Shown piece by piece: positions 1-8,955 of a stretch of 64,000 nucleotides of DNA. Source of the stretch: an uncultured Pseudomonadota bacterium (GTDB lineage: Bacteria; Oederibacteriota; Muellerivitia; Muellerivitales; Muellerivitaceae); NCBI GenBank assembly GCA_963836235.1, contig CAWIIP010000002.1, positions 1,990,120 through 2,054,119 of the forward strand, given 5' to 3'. The notes beneath the pieces were generated by a model that was given only the letters and a program-made list of their open reading frames with translations, had not been told where the DNA came from and did not search any database. Each line of letters begins with the position of its first letter. Position 1 is the first letter of the stretch. Both the position numbers and the translations under genes were made by a program.

Positions 1-1
1 T

Positions 2-832
2 GTTTATAGCGGAGCTGCGGCAAATACCGCCGTTCCACTTCTTTCCCCCCTGGGTGTCTTCACCGTGGAAGGCGCGGCATCGGGCGGTTACAACTCTTCG
101 CACATCGTGGCCAACAGCCCCGCCCTAACAGGCGTGACGGATGCCATGCTTTCCAACTGGAGTTTTTCCGTCCATGAGGGTTTCGACTCATGGCCGGCCA
201 GCTTCATCCCCTTGGCAATTGCCACCGACGCCGTCGACCCTAATTACACCGCCTCGGATGGATCGTCGGGACTGGTCTATGTCCTGGCGACAGGCGCGAT
301 CGTGGGCCTTGGAACCGATACGCCTACTCCCCTTCCCACTTGGACTCCCACCGCTACCGCCACGCCCACCGGTACCTTGAGCCCCACCCTCAGCCCCACC
401 AATACAACCACTTTGACGCCCACCTTCACTTCAACCCTTACAGCCACCATGACTCCTACCTTCACAACCACTGCAACGCCCACTTTTACTCCAACTCTGA
501 CGACCACATTGACTCCCACGGTTACTCCGACTTCCACTCCAACCTGTGAAACTCACGTTTGGCCCGATCCCTATAACCCCAGGTATGCCGTGAACCAAAC
601 GCTGAACATCGGTTGCTTGCAACCGAACGAAACGGTTTATTTTTATACTTTATCAGGGGAACTAGTGGCCCAAACTCAGCCAGCGGATTGGAAAGGACAG
701 GACCAATGGGAAGTCCAATGGAACGGAAAGAACAAGCAGGGAGTTCCGGTTTCGGCGGGTATTTACTTCTATGTCATTAAGGACGGTCAGCAAAAGGTGG
801 TCGGGACGGGCAAATTCCTAGTGAGCCGCTAA
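2..832 (+). CDS. Exported protein, 5'-truncated by window edge; Thr/Pro-rich linker and C-terminal FlgD-Ig-like domain
   Basis: Frame is open from position 2 (VYSGAAANTAVP...). Long (T/S)PT linker; C-terminus WPDPYNP...YTLSGELV...WNGKNKQGVPVSAGIYFY matches the FlgD_ig-type pattern. Confidence 0.75.
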   Translation, partial: VYSGAAANTAVPLLSPLGVFTVEGAASGGYNSSHIVANSPALTGVTDAMLSNWSFSVHEGFDSWPASFIPLAIATDAVDPNYTASDGSSGLVYVLATGAIVGLGTDTPTPLPTWTPTATATPTGTLSPTLSPTNTTTLTPTFTSTLTATMTPTFTTTATPTFTPTLTTTLTPTVTPTSTPTCETHVWPDPYNPRYAVNQTLNIGCLQPNETVYFYTLSGELVAQTQPADWKGQDQWEVQWNGKNKQGVPVSAGIYFYVIKDGQQKVVGTGKFLVSR

Positions 833-1077
833 ATTCCTAAAGAACTCAGAAAAGTCCCGAAAAATCTGATCTGAAAACCCTCAGTTTTCTATTCCGAGCA
901 AGTCTTTCCCATAGTTACCAAATCTTCAATTCAATCGTTAGGCCCGGGCATTTTAAAAGTTTTCACCTTCGGGGAACTGGCGTTTTAGCATTGAGGAGAA
1001 AAAAATAGTCATCTCCCATGATATTATGAGTCTTGTTCATCACCATTAGTCGGCTTGTCATTAAAGGGGAAAAGAAA

Positions 1078-1848
1078 ATGAAAGGTTGGAAAGTTGGGCT
1101 GTTCTTTTTACTGGGGTTAAACTTGAGCCTAATAAGAGGTTGGACACAAGAAGCTTTTGCTTCGGATATTAAAACTCCAGGTGTCCCCCCTATCGTCCAA
1201 GCTGCTGAAAATCTAACCCCGGCTGCCAATGAAACTATCCGAATACCCAAGCCCAATGTTCTTAAAGCTTCCGACTGGTTGAGCGATTCCGAATATCATT
1301 CCGATCCCAGCGCCCCGCGAAAAGGGCCGGATGGAACCCCTTGGAAAGTCGAAGCGAATGACCACACTCCTCGCGGCGCGGCGATAGCCCAGATGGCAGA
1401 GCCCGATTTCTTCAATCAGATCGGGGATTGGAACAAATCCGAGATAAAGCCAAGGACTTACTACTGGCACGCTTTTAACGGAACCAATTATTGTCATCTT
1501 CGCGATGGGTCGGGTAATCAATGGTACGGTTGGGTGGAAGGTCCAGCCTTTCATTGGGTACTTTACCGTTCGGGGCACTTTTGGTGGCATGACAGTTATG
1601 CCGAACGGTCCCTTTACTTTGACAGGGGTTATTGGTGGTGGCAGGGACGCCGAAAAGACCAGTTCCAGGTATATCTGGAGGATGGGCATTACCACGTTTG
1701 CGGTCCCGATGGGGTTTTAGGGGACGACCTATTCACCACTGGAACCGAGGAAGTGGCTACCCAACCTGTGGAAAAGGACCCGACTCCCACGTCAAAACCT
1801 GGGGATGATTCGGGGGCGCCCGGTGGGATGGGGTCGTTCAGCCATTAA
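1078..1848 (+). CDS. Hypothetical exported protein, Trp/Tyr/His-rich
   Basis: Signal-peptide-like N-terminus MKGWKVGLFFLLGLNL; ATG at 1078 after a purine-rich RBS. Confidence 0.6.
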   Translation: MKGWKVGLFFLLGLNLSLIRGWTQEAFASDIKTPGVPPIVQAAENLTPAANETIRIPKPNVLKASDWLSDSEYHSDPSAPRKGPDGTPWKVEANDHTPRGAAIAQMAEPDFFNQIGDWNKSEIKPRTYYWHAFNGTNYCHLRDGSGNQWYGWVEGPAFHWVLYRSGHFWWHDSYAERSLYFDRGYWWWQGRRKDQFQVYLEDGHYHVCGPDGVLGDDLFTTGTEEVATQPVEKDPTPTSKPGDDSGAPGGMGSFSH

Positions 1849-1883
1849 CAGGATACTGAAAATTTTTGAAGGATGGAAAATCC

Positions 1884-2237
1884 ATGAGTGAAAATAAATC
1901 GTTCTTGGAAAAAAGATCACATGTACGGGTTCCCGTTAAGATTCCCGTTCAATTCGGGCTGGTCGAGGATCCGAAGGAATTGGAAGAACTAAAAAGCCAG
2001 ATCGGACTGGCTAAAGATTTAAGCCTGGATGGAATGTTCATTAAGACGGATAAGATGGTCAAGGTGGGGGATGTTTTCCGCATGGATATTTCTTTGCCGG
2101 AGAAATCAAAACAATTGTTCGCTTTCGCGGAGGTGGTTTGGGCCAACGAAACCGGCGCCGGTCTTCGCCTGATGTTAATGGCCATGGAGGACAAGGAAGA
2201 CCTGAAAGGTTACTGGGACAGCGCCGCTTCCAGTTGA
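1884..2237 (+). CDS. Single-domain PilZ (c-di-GMP receptor) protein
   Basis: RxxxR (RSHVR) and DxSxxG (DLSLDG) motifs; AEVVW...GAGLRL. Confidence 0.85.
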   Translation: MSENKSFLEKRSHVRVPVKIPVQFGLVEDPKELEELKSQIGLAKDLSLDGMFIKTDKMVKVGDVFRMDISLPEKSKQLFAFAEVVWANETGAGLRLMLMAMEDKEDLKGYWDSAASS

Positions 2238-2256
2238 TATTTCACGGAATTTTGCT

Positions 2257-2739
2257 TTATCCCTGTATCGCGATTTCCACATCTTTTTCTAGATCCTCCG
2301 GTTTCGTAGTTGAGGCGTAGCGTTTAACCGGTTCACCCCTTGAGTCGATCAAGAATTTCGTGAAATTCCATTTAATGGCTTCGGTTCCTAAAATACCCGA
2401 CTTTTCGTTCGTCAGGTATTGGTAAAGAGGGTGGGCATTGGCCCCGTTCACGTCGATCTTGGCGAAGAGGGGAAAGGTGATCCCGAAATTCAGGTCACAA
2501 AAGCTTTTGATCTCCTCCTCATTCCCCGGTTCCTGGGCGCCAAACTGGTTGCAGGGGAATCCGAGGACGGTAAATCCCTTATCCTTGTATTTTTTATACA
2601 GATTCTCTAAGCCTTCGTATTGCGGCGTAAAACCACAGTGGCTGGCCACGTTCACGATCAGAAGAGCTTTCCCGTGGTATTGTGAAAGAGAGATTTCTTT
2701 TTCGTCGATGGTCCTGGCCTTAAATGGATAAACGGACAT
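2257..2739 (-). CDS. Glutathione peroxidase family protein (Cys-type)
   Basis: NVASHCGFT, LGFPCNQFGAQEPG and IKWNFTKFL motifs. Confidence 0.95.
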   Translation of the reverse strand: MSVYPFKARTIDEKEISLSQYHGKALLIVNVASHCGFTPQYEGLENLYKKYKDKGFTVLGFPCNQFGAQEPGNEEEIKSFCDLNFGITFPLFAKIDVNGANAHPLYQYLTNEKSGILGTEAIKWNFTKFLIDSRGEPVKRYASTTKPEDLEKDVEIAIQG

Positions 2740-2906
2740 AGTGCCTCCTTCGATGATTCTCTTGATTAACTATAGGTAATAATGGACGACGATGAAAGAC
2801 CAGGCCTTAATTTAGTATTGCCGGATGTTTAGGTTGCGATACCTAATCCTTGGCTTGATGATGTGATGTGGGATGGTCCTAGAAGTTCCTCCCAAAGGAT
2901 ATTGAA

Positions 2907-4403
2907 TTGAAATTTTTGAACGAGTTTGTTTCCTCTAAGAAAAAAGTATTGTGGCTTTGTTTTTCCATTAATTTACTACTTCATTTACCCTTTATGAACC
3001 TGCCTCCCCAAAGCATCCATGTTTGGCGTCAGTGCAGCACCTTGGCGGTCGCGCGCAATTTTTACGAAGAAGATATGAACATCCTGAAGCCAAGGCTGGA
3101 TGACCGCATGGACAGGGATGGCGTGACTGGCACGCAGTTTCCATCCTATGAATATTTGGTAGCCCTGGGATATGAGCTGTTTGGGGAGCATTATTGGGTT
3201 CATCGAACGGTTTCATTCCTCATTTACTTCCTTGGCGCCTGGGGGATATATGAATTATTCTTTATCCTTTTCCAATCCGCCTGGGCGGCGACAATCGGCG
3301 CCTGGAGCTTTTGCTGGAGCCCGGAACTATTTTATTTTGGTATCTCGGCCCTGCCCGATGTGACGGCTCTTACCGCTTCTCTCTGGGGCCTTGTTTTTTT
3401 TGTCCGTTGGTTCAAAAGCGGGGAAAAGGTCCCTTACGGTTTGAGCCTCGTTTTAACGACTTTGGGCGGGCTAACCAAAATCCAATATTTGGTGATTGGG
3501 TTTCCTATCGCCGTCATGGTCGTGATGGAAAAAAAGAAATATAGCCTGAATCAAATTTTAATGATGATTTTCTTCGCCTTTACGTCGGTGGGATTAACCT
3601 TAGGGTGGTATTTCCGAGCTGTTCATTTGATTCAAACGAGCGGATTAAACGACTATGACATCGGGTTTACCCCCGCGCCTGGGTGGCTATGGGCGCTAAA
3701 GGTCGTTTGGCATAACGCCCATAGTGAAATTCCCGAGCTGATTTTGAACTACGCGACCTTTATTTTTTTTGTGGTTGGCATTTTCGCTTGGTTCAAAAAA
3801 AAGAAAATGGAATCAGGCTGGTTTTGGCCATTGGCAGCCTGGGGAATGGCTGTTCTTGCCTATTACTTCATTGAATTGGGCAAAATGGACGTTCATTCCT
3901 ATTATCTTTTGCCTTTCCTGCCTTTGCTTTTGGTTTTCGTGGTTAGGGGGGGATTGGCCTTAAAGGACTCGAAATTCGCGTGGCTTTTTGTTTTTCTTCT
4001 CTTTGCCCAGCCCATCGTGGCATTTTTCAGGATTGTCCCGCCCCGCTTTTGGGCTAAGGATAAGGCCGTTCCCCAGGAGCTATATGTGGAAGCCTCCCGG
4101 GAGAAGCTTGAAGAAGCCGTACCCCGCAACGCCCTTTGTGTTATCGGCGAGGATAATTCACGGGCCATTTATTTTTATTTCTTGCATAAAAAAGGCTTTG
4201 CTTTTACTGAGCTGGGAGATTTGACGGCCTTGTCGGACGGCTCACCCCAATTGGAAAGGGACATACAACAAGGAGCCCAATACCTTTATACGGATGATTC
4301 CCAAGTAGCCGAGTCGAATGTTTTGAAACCCTATTTGGAATCGAAAGTTTTAAAGGAAGGTGACTTTCAAGTTTTTAAACTTGTTCAACCGGTTGGAAAT
4401 TAA
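2907..4403 (+). CDS. ArnT/GT39-like (GT-C) membrane glycosyltransferase
   Basis: Multi-TM; N-terminal H.WRQ..T..VARNF.E loop and FP.Y motif. Confidence 0.7.
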   Translation: MKFLNEFVSSKKKVLWLCFSINLLLHLPFMNLPPQSIHVWRQCSTLAVARNFYEEDMNILKPRLDDRMDRDGVTGTQFPSYEYLVALGYELFGEHYWVHRTVSFLIYFLGAWGIYELFFILFQSAWAATIGAWSFCWSPELFYFGISALPDVTALTASLWGLVFFVRWFKSGEKVPYGLSLVLTTLGGLTKIQYLVIGFPIAVMVVMEKKKYSLNQILMMIFFAFTSVGLTLGWYFRAVHLIQTSGLNDYDIGFTPAPGWLWALKVVWHNAHSEIPELILNYATFIFFVVGIFAWFKKKKMESGWFWPLAAWGMAVLAYYFIELGKMDVHSYYLLPFLPLLLVFVVRGGLALKDSKFAWLFVFLLFAQPIVAFFRIVPPRFWAKDKAVPQELYVEASREKLEEAVPRNALCVIGEDNSRAIYFYFLHKKGFAFTELGDLTALSDGSPQLERDIQQGAQYLYTDDSQVAESNVLKPYLESKVLKEGDFQVFKLVQPVGN

Positions 4404-4466
4404 GAGAACTAAGTTTGATGTCTGAAGGAAAAATCGATGGTCATCGGGAATTTTTTTGACCCAAGG

Positions 4467-5171
4467 TTAATCAATCTGTAACCGGTAGCCCACTCCGGGT
4501 TCGGTCAGGAAATGTTGGGGACGGCCAGATTCGTTTTCTAATTTATTCCTTAAGTTATTCATATGGACCCTCAGGTAATGGGCTTGGTCGGAGTAAGCTT
4601 CACCCCATATCTCAGTCAATAGCTGGCGCTGGGTTACCACTTTTCCGGCGTGGCGAGTTAGGATCGCCAGCAATCCGAATTCGCGTTTTGTTAAATGGAC
4701 CTCTGTACCGGCCTTTAAAATTCGACGATGGGCCAAGTCTACTTCCAAGTCACCGTGCTTGAATACCGCTTCTTCGCTTTTTCCAATCGCTTCTTGGGTG
4801 CGCCGCAGGGCCGAGCGAATGCGAGCCAGAAGTTCTTGGACGCCGAAAGGCTTGGTCAAGTAATCGTCCGCGCCCCGGTCTAAGGCGGCTACCTTGTCCG
4901 ATTCCCTGTCCCGGGCCGAAACCACAATGATGGGTTTTTTGGACCACTCCCGCAAGCGTTTCATAACCTCCAGTCCGTCCATATCGGGCAGCCCTAAGTC
5001 CAGCAGAACCACGTCCGGATTGCGGGTGGCGGCTTGTACAAGACCTTCCTCTCCCGTCGAGGCTTGAAGGTAGTTGTAACCGCTGGCCGACAAGGTTGCC
5101 TTTAGGAAAAGACAGATGGGAGCCTCGTCCTCAATACATAAGACTGAAAGTTTTTCTTTTTCCATCGTCAT
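4467..5171 (-). CDS. KdpE-like OmpR-family response regulator
   Basis: Receiver (LLDLGLPDMDG, ADDYLTKPF) plus wHTH with KdpE-typical YLRVHMNNLRNKLE...FLTEPGVGYR. ATGA overlap with the kinase stop. Confidence 0.9.
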   Translation of the reverse strand: MTMEKEKLSVLCIEDEAPICLFLKATLSASGYNYLQASTGEEGLVQAATRNPDVVLLDLGLPDMDGLEVMKRLREWSKKPIIVVSARDRESDKVAALDRGADDYLTKPFGVQELLARIRSALRRTQEAIGKSEEAVFKHGDLEVDLAHRRILKAGTEVHLTKREFGLLAILTRHAGKVVTQRQLLTEIWGEAYSDQAHYLRVHMNNLRNKLENESGRPQHFLTEPGVGYRLQID

Positions 5172-6298
5172 TCCTCTTGGACTGCGGGGGGAGTCCCCCC
5201 GGTGGGGAGCGTGACAATAAAGGAAGCCCCACCGCCAGAGCGGTTGCTGGCAATGATGTCCCCGCCATGGGCCCGGGCTATGGCTAAACAAATACTAAGT
5301 CCCAGCCCCGCACCTTTTCCACCGCTATGATAGCCCCGGATGAATTTCTCGAATATGGATTTTTCCTCTCCCGGTTTCAAGCCGGGACCCCGGTCCGCGA
5401 CTTCCATCTCCAACCCATCCTCCCCGGCTTTCACCGACAAGTGGATAGATGTTCCCCGCGGGGTATGATTAAGGGCATTCTGCAAAAGGTTCAATAAAAG
5501 CTGCTCCACCAGAAGGCCGTCGATGAAGGCGAGGGGAAGCTTGGGCTGAAAGTCCAGGGTGAGAGGAGTCTGAGTAAGGCGGGGTTTCAACCGCTCCAAG
5601 GCCACTCCCACCAGTTCCTCCACGGACTGCCATTCCTTTTTCGGTTCCAGTGCCCCCGCTTCCAAGCGGGTCATGTCCAATAGGTTTTGAACCAAGTGCT
5701 TCAAACGTTCCGCTTCAATGTAGATGGATTTTGTTAGCAAGAAGCGTTCCTCCGGATTCAAGACACCCTTATCCTCCAAAAGCCCGCTGGCGGCCCCAAT
5801 AATGGAGGTCAGGGGTGTTCTCAAATCATGTGAGACGGCGCTTAAAAGAGCGCTACGGTTTTTCTCGTTCTCGGCGGCAATCCGGAGCTTTTCCGCCTGG
5901 CGGGATTTGGTCGCCAGAGCGCTGATCACCAGGCTTTCCACCAGCATGACCAACAAAGTCATCCAGCTCTCAGGCCGGGCGATAGTTAAACTGAAATAGG
6001 GTGGTATAGCGAAAAAATCGAGGGCTAAAGCCCCCAGGACCGACGCGGTCAAGGCCGGGCCCCGCCCCCACCAGAAGGAAATTCCTACGACGCCCAAAAG
6101 GTAAAACGTGCCGATGGCGGAAGGATCCAGGGTCTGGCGTAGCAAGTATCCCGGCAGCGTGATAACCGCGACGATTAAAACACTCCCGACATATTTTCGA
6201 AAGCTTTCCTGATTTGAGAGTCTCTTGAAGGCGGGAAAGGGAAGACCAGATGATTTTTTGACGGAAAAATTTTTGAATTTTGGGAAAAGTTTGGACAT
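5168..6298 (-). CDS. Truncated KdpD-like sensor kinase (4-TM DUF4118 + HisKA + HATPase)
   Basis: ALDFFAIPPYFSLT (DUF4118-like), AVSHDLRTPL H-box, KdpD-like KKEWQSVEELVG, G-boxes. No N-terminal KdpD/Usp region. Confidence 0.85.
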   Translation of the reverse strand: MSKLFPKFKNFSVKKSSGLPFPAFKRLSNQESFRKYVGSVLIVAVITLPGYLLRQTLDPSAIGTFYLLGVVGISFWWGRGPALTASVLGALALDFFAIPPYFSLTIARPESWMTLLVMLVESLVISALATKSRQAEKLRIAAENEKNRSALLSAVSHDLRTPLTSIIGAASGLLEDKGVLNPEERFLLTKSIYIEAERLKHLVQNLLDMTRLEAGALEPKKEWQSVEELVGVALERLKPRLTQTPLTLDFQPKLPLAFIDGLLVEQLLLNLLQNALNHTPRGTSIHLSVKAGEDGLEMEVADRGPGLKPGEEKSIFEKFIRGYHSGGKGAGLGLSICLAIARAHGGDIIASNRSGGGASFIVTLPTGGTPPAVQEE

Positions 6299-6576
6299 GA
6301 ATTTAAGGGGCCTTTTGATTTTCACTATTTTGAATGGGTTAGTATAAGAACAAAAATTTTTATTGCGAATAGTGACACAAAAAAGAGGATCCGAGTTCAA
6401 AAGTTCATTAATTTTTTAGTTCCGAATTTCAAATTAAGCGGAATGAGGACCTTTCAAGAAAAAAATAGTGGGTTCAATTTAAGCCTACACAATTGTCATT
6501 AACGACGTTGGTTGTCTTTTGGTACCTTTTCTGGGGACTTGCCTTTGATCCATTTCGCGGGTTTCCTCTCGCTCTG

Positions 6577-6624
6577 CATCAAGAAAACATCAAGAAACTA
6601 CCTTTGAAATCAAGGGGGCGTAAA
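6577..6624. promoter_or_regulatory. Candidate KdpE/OmpR-type direct-repeat binding sites
   Basis: CATCAAGAAA at 6577 and 6588 (11-bp period); a second pair AATCAAG (6608) and CGTAAA (6619), also 11 bp apart. Confidence 0.55.
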
Positions 6625-6807
6625 TTTTTTTGACTCAGGAAAAATATTTTTTATTTTCATGAAAATTTTTTCGTTTTTCCCAACGGAATTTTAATTTTAA
6701 AAATTCTCGAGGGATAAAAACTGGTTTTTTAAACGCGGGTGAGTGGCACGACCTTTGCTTTAGGTCCTGTGACATCCGCTTCAGTTATTTCAAAACAGGA
6801 GGAAATT

Positions 6808-8784
6808 ATGGCTAAGTCAGCGTCACCCCAAGCGCCTTCAGTGGTCGAACGGGTACTCGATTGGAAAGGGGCAGCCACAAACGCTATGGCGCTGATCGCG
6901 CCGGGCGCCTTTTTGTGGATCACTTATCAAGGGCAATCGGCCGCGTCCGATTGGACCGGTAATGGTTGCCCGAACGACATGTGGTTCGGCATTCTCGTGG
7001 CCCTAGTCTTGGCTCTGTTGACGGCTCTTTCCTACGCCGAATTGGCGAAGATCTACCCGGAAGCGGGTTTCGCCGGTGCCGTCTATTTTGCCGAAAAGGC
7101 CTTTATCGACGACGGGAAGCTCAAACGCCCCGGGCCAGCCTCCATGGCCCGTGTCGCCAAACTTATCACCGGCTGGGCCGCCCATTTGTTCTACTGGGTT
7201 TATCCCGGCGTCATGGTAGCCACCTTCGGCAACTTGATCTCTTACCTGTATGGAGTAGTGACCAATGGTAAGACTTTGGATATGACTTGGGAAATGGTCA
7301 TGGTCTGCCTCTTCACCGTCGGGGTGGGGTACATCGCCCACCGGGGCGTCCAGGGTTCAACCAAGACCAATATGTGGGGCAACTTCATCCAATGGGGCAC
7401 ACTAATCATCTTCAGCTTACTGGCGATCGGATACCGCATGAGCAACCCGGAACACGCCACCACTTGGGCCTTTACCGACGGTTTTGACGTCGTGAAGTTT
7501 CACACCCTCAAGGGAGTGCTGACCCAGGCCACCATCGCCATCCTGATCCTGGTCGGCTTTGAGAGCTGCACCTCCCTCGCGGCCGAAACCAAGGAGCCGG
7601 AAAAGAACATACCGAAGGCCATCATTGTGGCGCTGATCGTGCAGTGCGTATTCGCTTACATGTTCGAGTATTTTTGCGCCAACCTGGTAGTGAACGAAAA
7701 GTTTGTGGGATCGGTTCCTGTACCGGCTGTTGCGGCCGTTGCCGCCGTACCCATGAGCGTCTCGGGTGGTGTCACGACAGCAGCAGTCGCTGCGGTTGCC
7801 GCTGCTCCCGCGACCACGAAGGCCGTTTACGGTATGGATGCCATGGCCGCTTCCTCGGCGCCCATCGGTGACATGATCACGCACATCGGCAACAGCATGC
7901 TGGGCGGCATCGGACTCACACTCATGTACATCATGGCGCTCACTGTTTTGATCGCGGTAGTGGGAACCACCCTGGCTTGCATCAACACGGGTGTCCGCGT
8001 CACCACCGGTATGGCGGAGGACCGGGAACTGCCTCCGGTGTTTGGCTTTATCCACCAAAAATTCGCCTCGCCCTATACCGCCATCTGGTTCATGGTCGCC
8101 CTTTCTTGCGTCATCGGCATCGTCGGGATTCAGTCGGTCGACACTTGGCTGGGTATCACCTTCGCTTCCAACTTGGGGACCTTCGTGCTTTACGGTTCGG
8201 TCTGTATCTGGACTATCATCGCTTATAAGAACCGCAAGGATTTCAACTTTCTCAAGCACGGGCTCATCCCTTTCGGGGGTTTGGTCTTAAACGTAGCCAT
8301 GTGTTGGGGTATTTTTTATGAAAACACCACCGCCGCCGCTTCAGCGGACCAACATACCCAGGTCAAGATTTGCTTCATCATCGCGGCTTCCTGGGCCTTG
8401 CTTTACGGATTGTGGGTCTTGGCGCATTCCACCTTGAAATCCCATGCTATGAAGATGATCTCGGTCATCATCCGGCCTGATTCGCTAGATAACCTGGCGG
8501 ACGCCTTGAATAAGGAGGAATTGGTCCAGGGCATGACCATCTCCGAGGTCAAGGGTTTCGGCCGCACCAAGGGATCCAAAACGGACGACATGCCTTCCAA
8601 GGTCAAGTTCCTAGACAAGGTCCGGGTGGACGTGGTTGTGAATGAGTGGGATGTCCCGCATGTTATCGAAGTTATGAAGGAAGTCCTATACACCGGCAAC
8701 AAGGGCGACGGAAAGATTTTCGTTCTAGAAACGGACGAAGCTGTCCGTGTCCGCACGGGTGAAACAGGAGTAGCCGCAGTTTAA
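6808..8784 (+). CDS. APC-family permease fused to a C-terminal PII (GlnB-like) domain
   Basis: RBS CAGGAGGA; ~12 TM with GFES in TM6. Continuous frame into MKMISVIIRP...KGFGRTKG...TGNKGDGKIFV...RVRTGE (PII from 8449). Confidence 0.88.
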   Translation: MAKSASPQAPSVVERVLDWKGAATNAMALIAPGAFLWITYQGQSAASDWTGNGCPNDMWFGILVALVLALLTALSYAELAKIYPEAGFAGAVYFAEKAFIDDGKLKRPGPASMARVAKLITGWAAHLFYWVYPGVMVATFGNLISYLYGVVTNGKTLDMTWEMVMVCLFTVGVGYIAHRGVQGSTKTNMWGNFIQWGTLIIFSLLAIGYRMSNPEHATTWAFTDGFDVVKFHTLKGVLTQATIAILILVGFESCTSLAAETKEPEKNIPKAIIVALIVQCVFAYMFEYFCANLVVNEKFVGSVPVPAVAAVAAVPMSVSGGVTTAAVAAVAAAPATTKAVYGMDAMAASSAPIGDMITHIGNSMLGGIGLTLMYIMALTVLIAVVGTTLACINTGVRVTTGMAEDRELPPVFGFIHQKFASPYTAIWFMVALSCVIGIVGIQSVDTWLGITFASNLGTFVLYGSVCIWTIIAYKNRKDFNFLKHGLIPFGGLVLNVAMCWGIFYENTTAAASADQHTQVKICFIIAASWALLYGLWVLAHSTLKSHAMKMISVIIRPDSLDNLADALNKEELVQGMTISEVKGFGRTKGSKTDDMPSKVKFLDKVRVDVVVNEWDVPHVIEVMKEVLYTGNKGDGKIFVLETDEAVRVRTGETGVAAV

Positions 8785-8804
8785 GTTAAAACCCAGAATA
8801 TTCT

Positions 8805-8837
8805 AAAGCCCCAGTGGAAGCTCACAGGGGCTTTTTT
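8805..8837 (+). terminator. Intrinsic terminator
   Basis: AAAGCCCC...GGGGCTTTTTT. Confidence 0.75.
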
Positions 8838-8955
8838 GTTTTTGGAGAAAGGATGAGGACTATTTATTTAAAGAGGTGGCTATTGCCGAAACAGGTTTGA
8901 TTAAGTATTGTTATCGGGTTTTGAATAGCTTGAAGACCTGAGGATTAAGAAATCT

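Noticed and set aside
318-545. DNA tandem repeat or VNTR
   Set aside because: The degenerate pattern is explained by the encoded Thr/Pro linker.
2257-2739. Selenocysteine glutathione peroxidase
   Set aside because: The active site is an ordinary Cys codon (TGT); there is no in-frame TGA.
5172-5291. N-terminal extension of the response regulator
   Set aside because: It overlaps the kinase; the ATGA-coupled start at 5171 fits the receiver domain.
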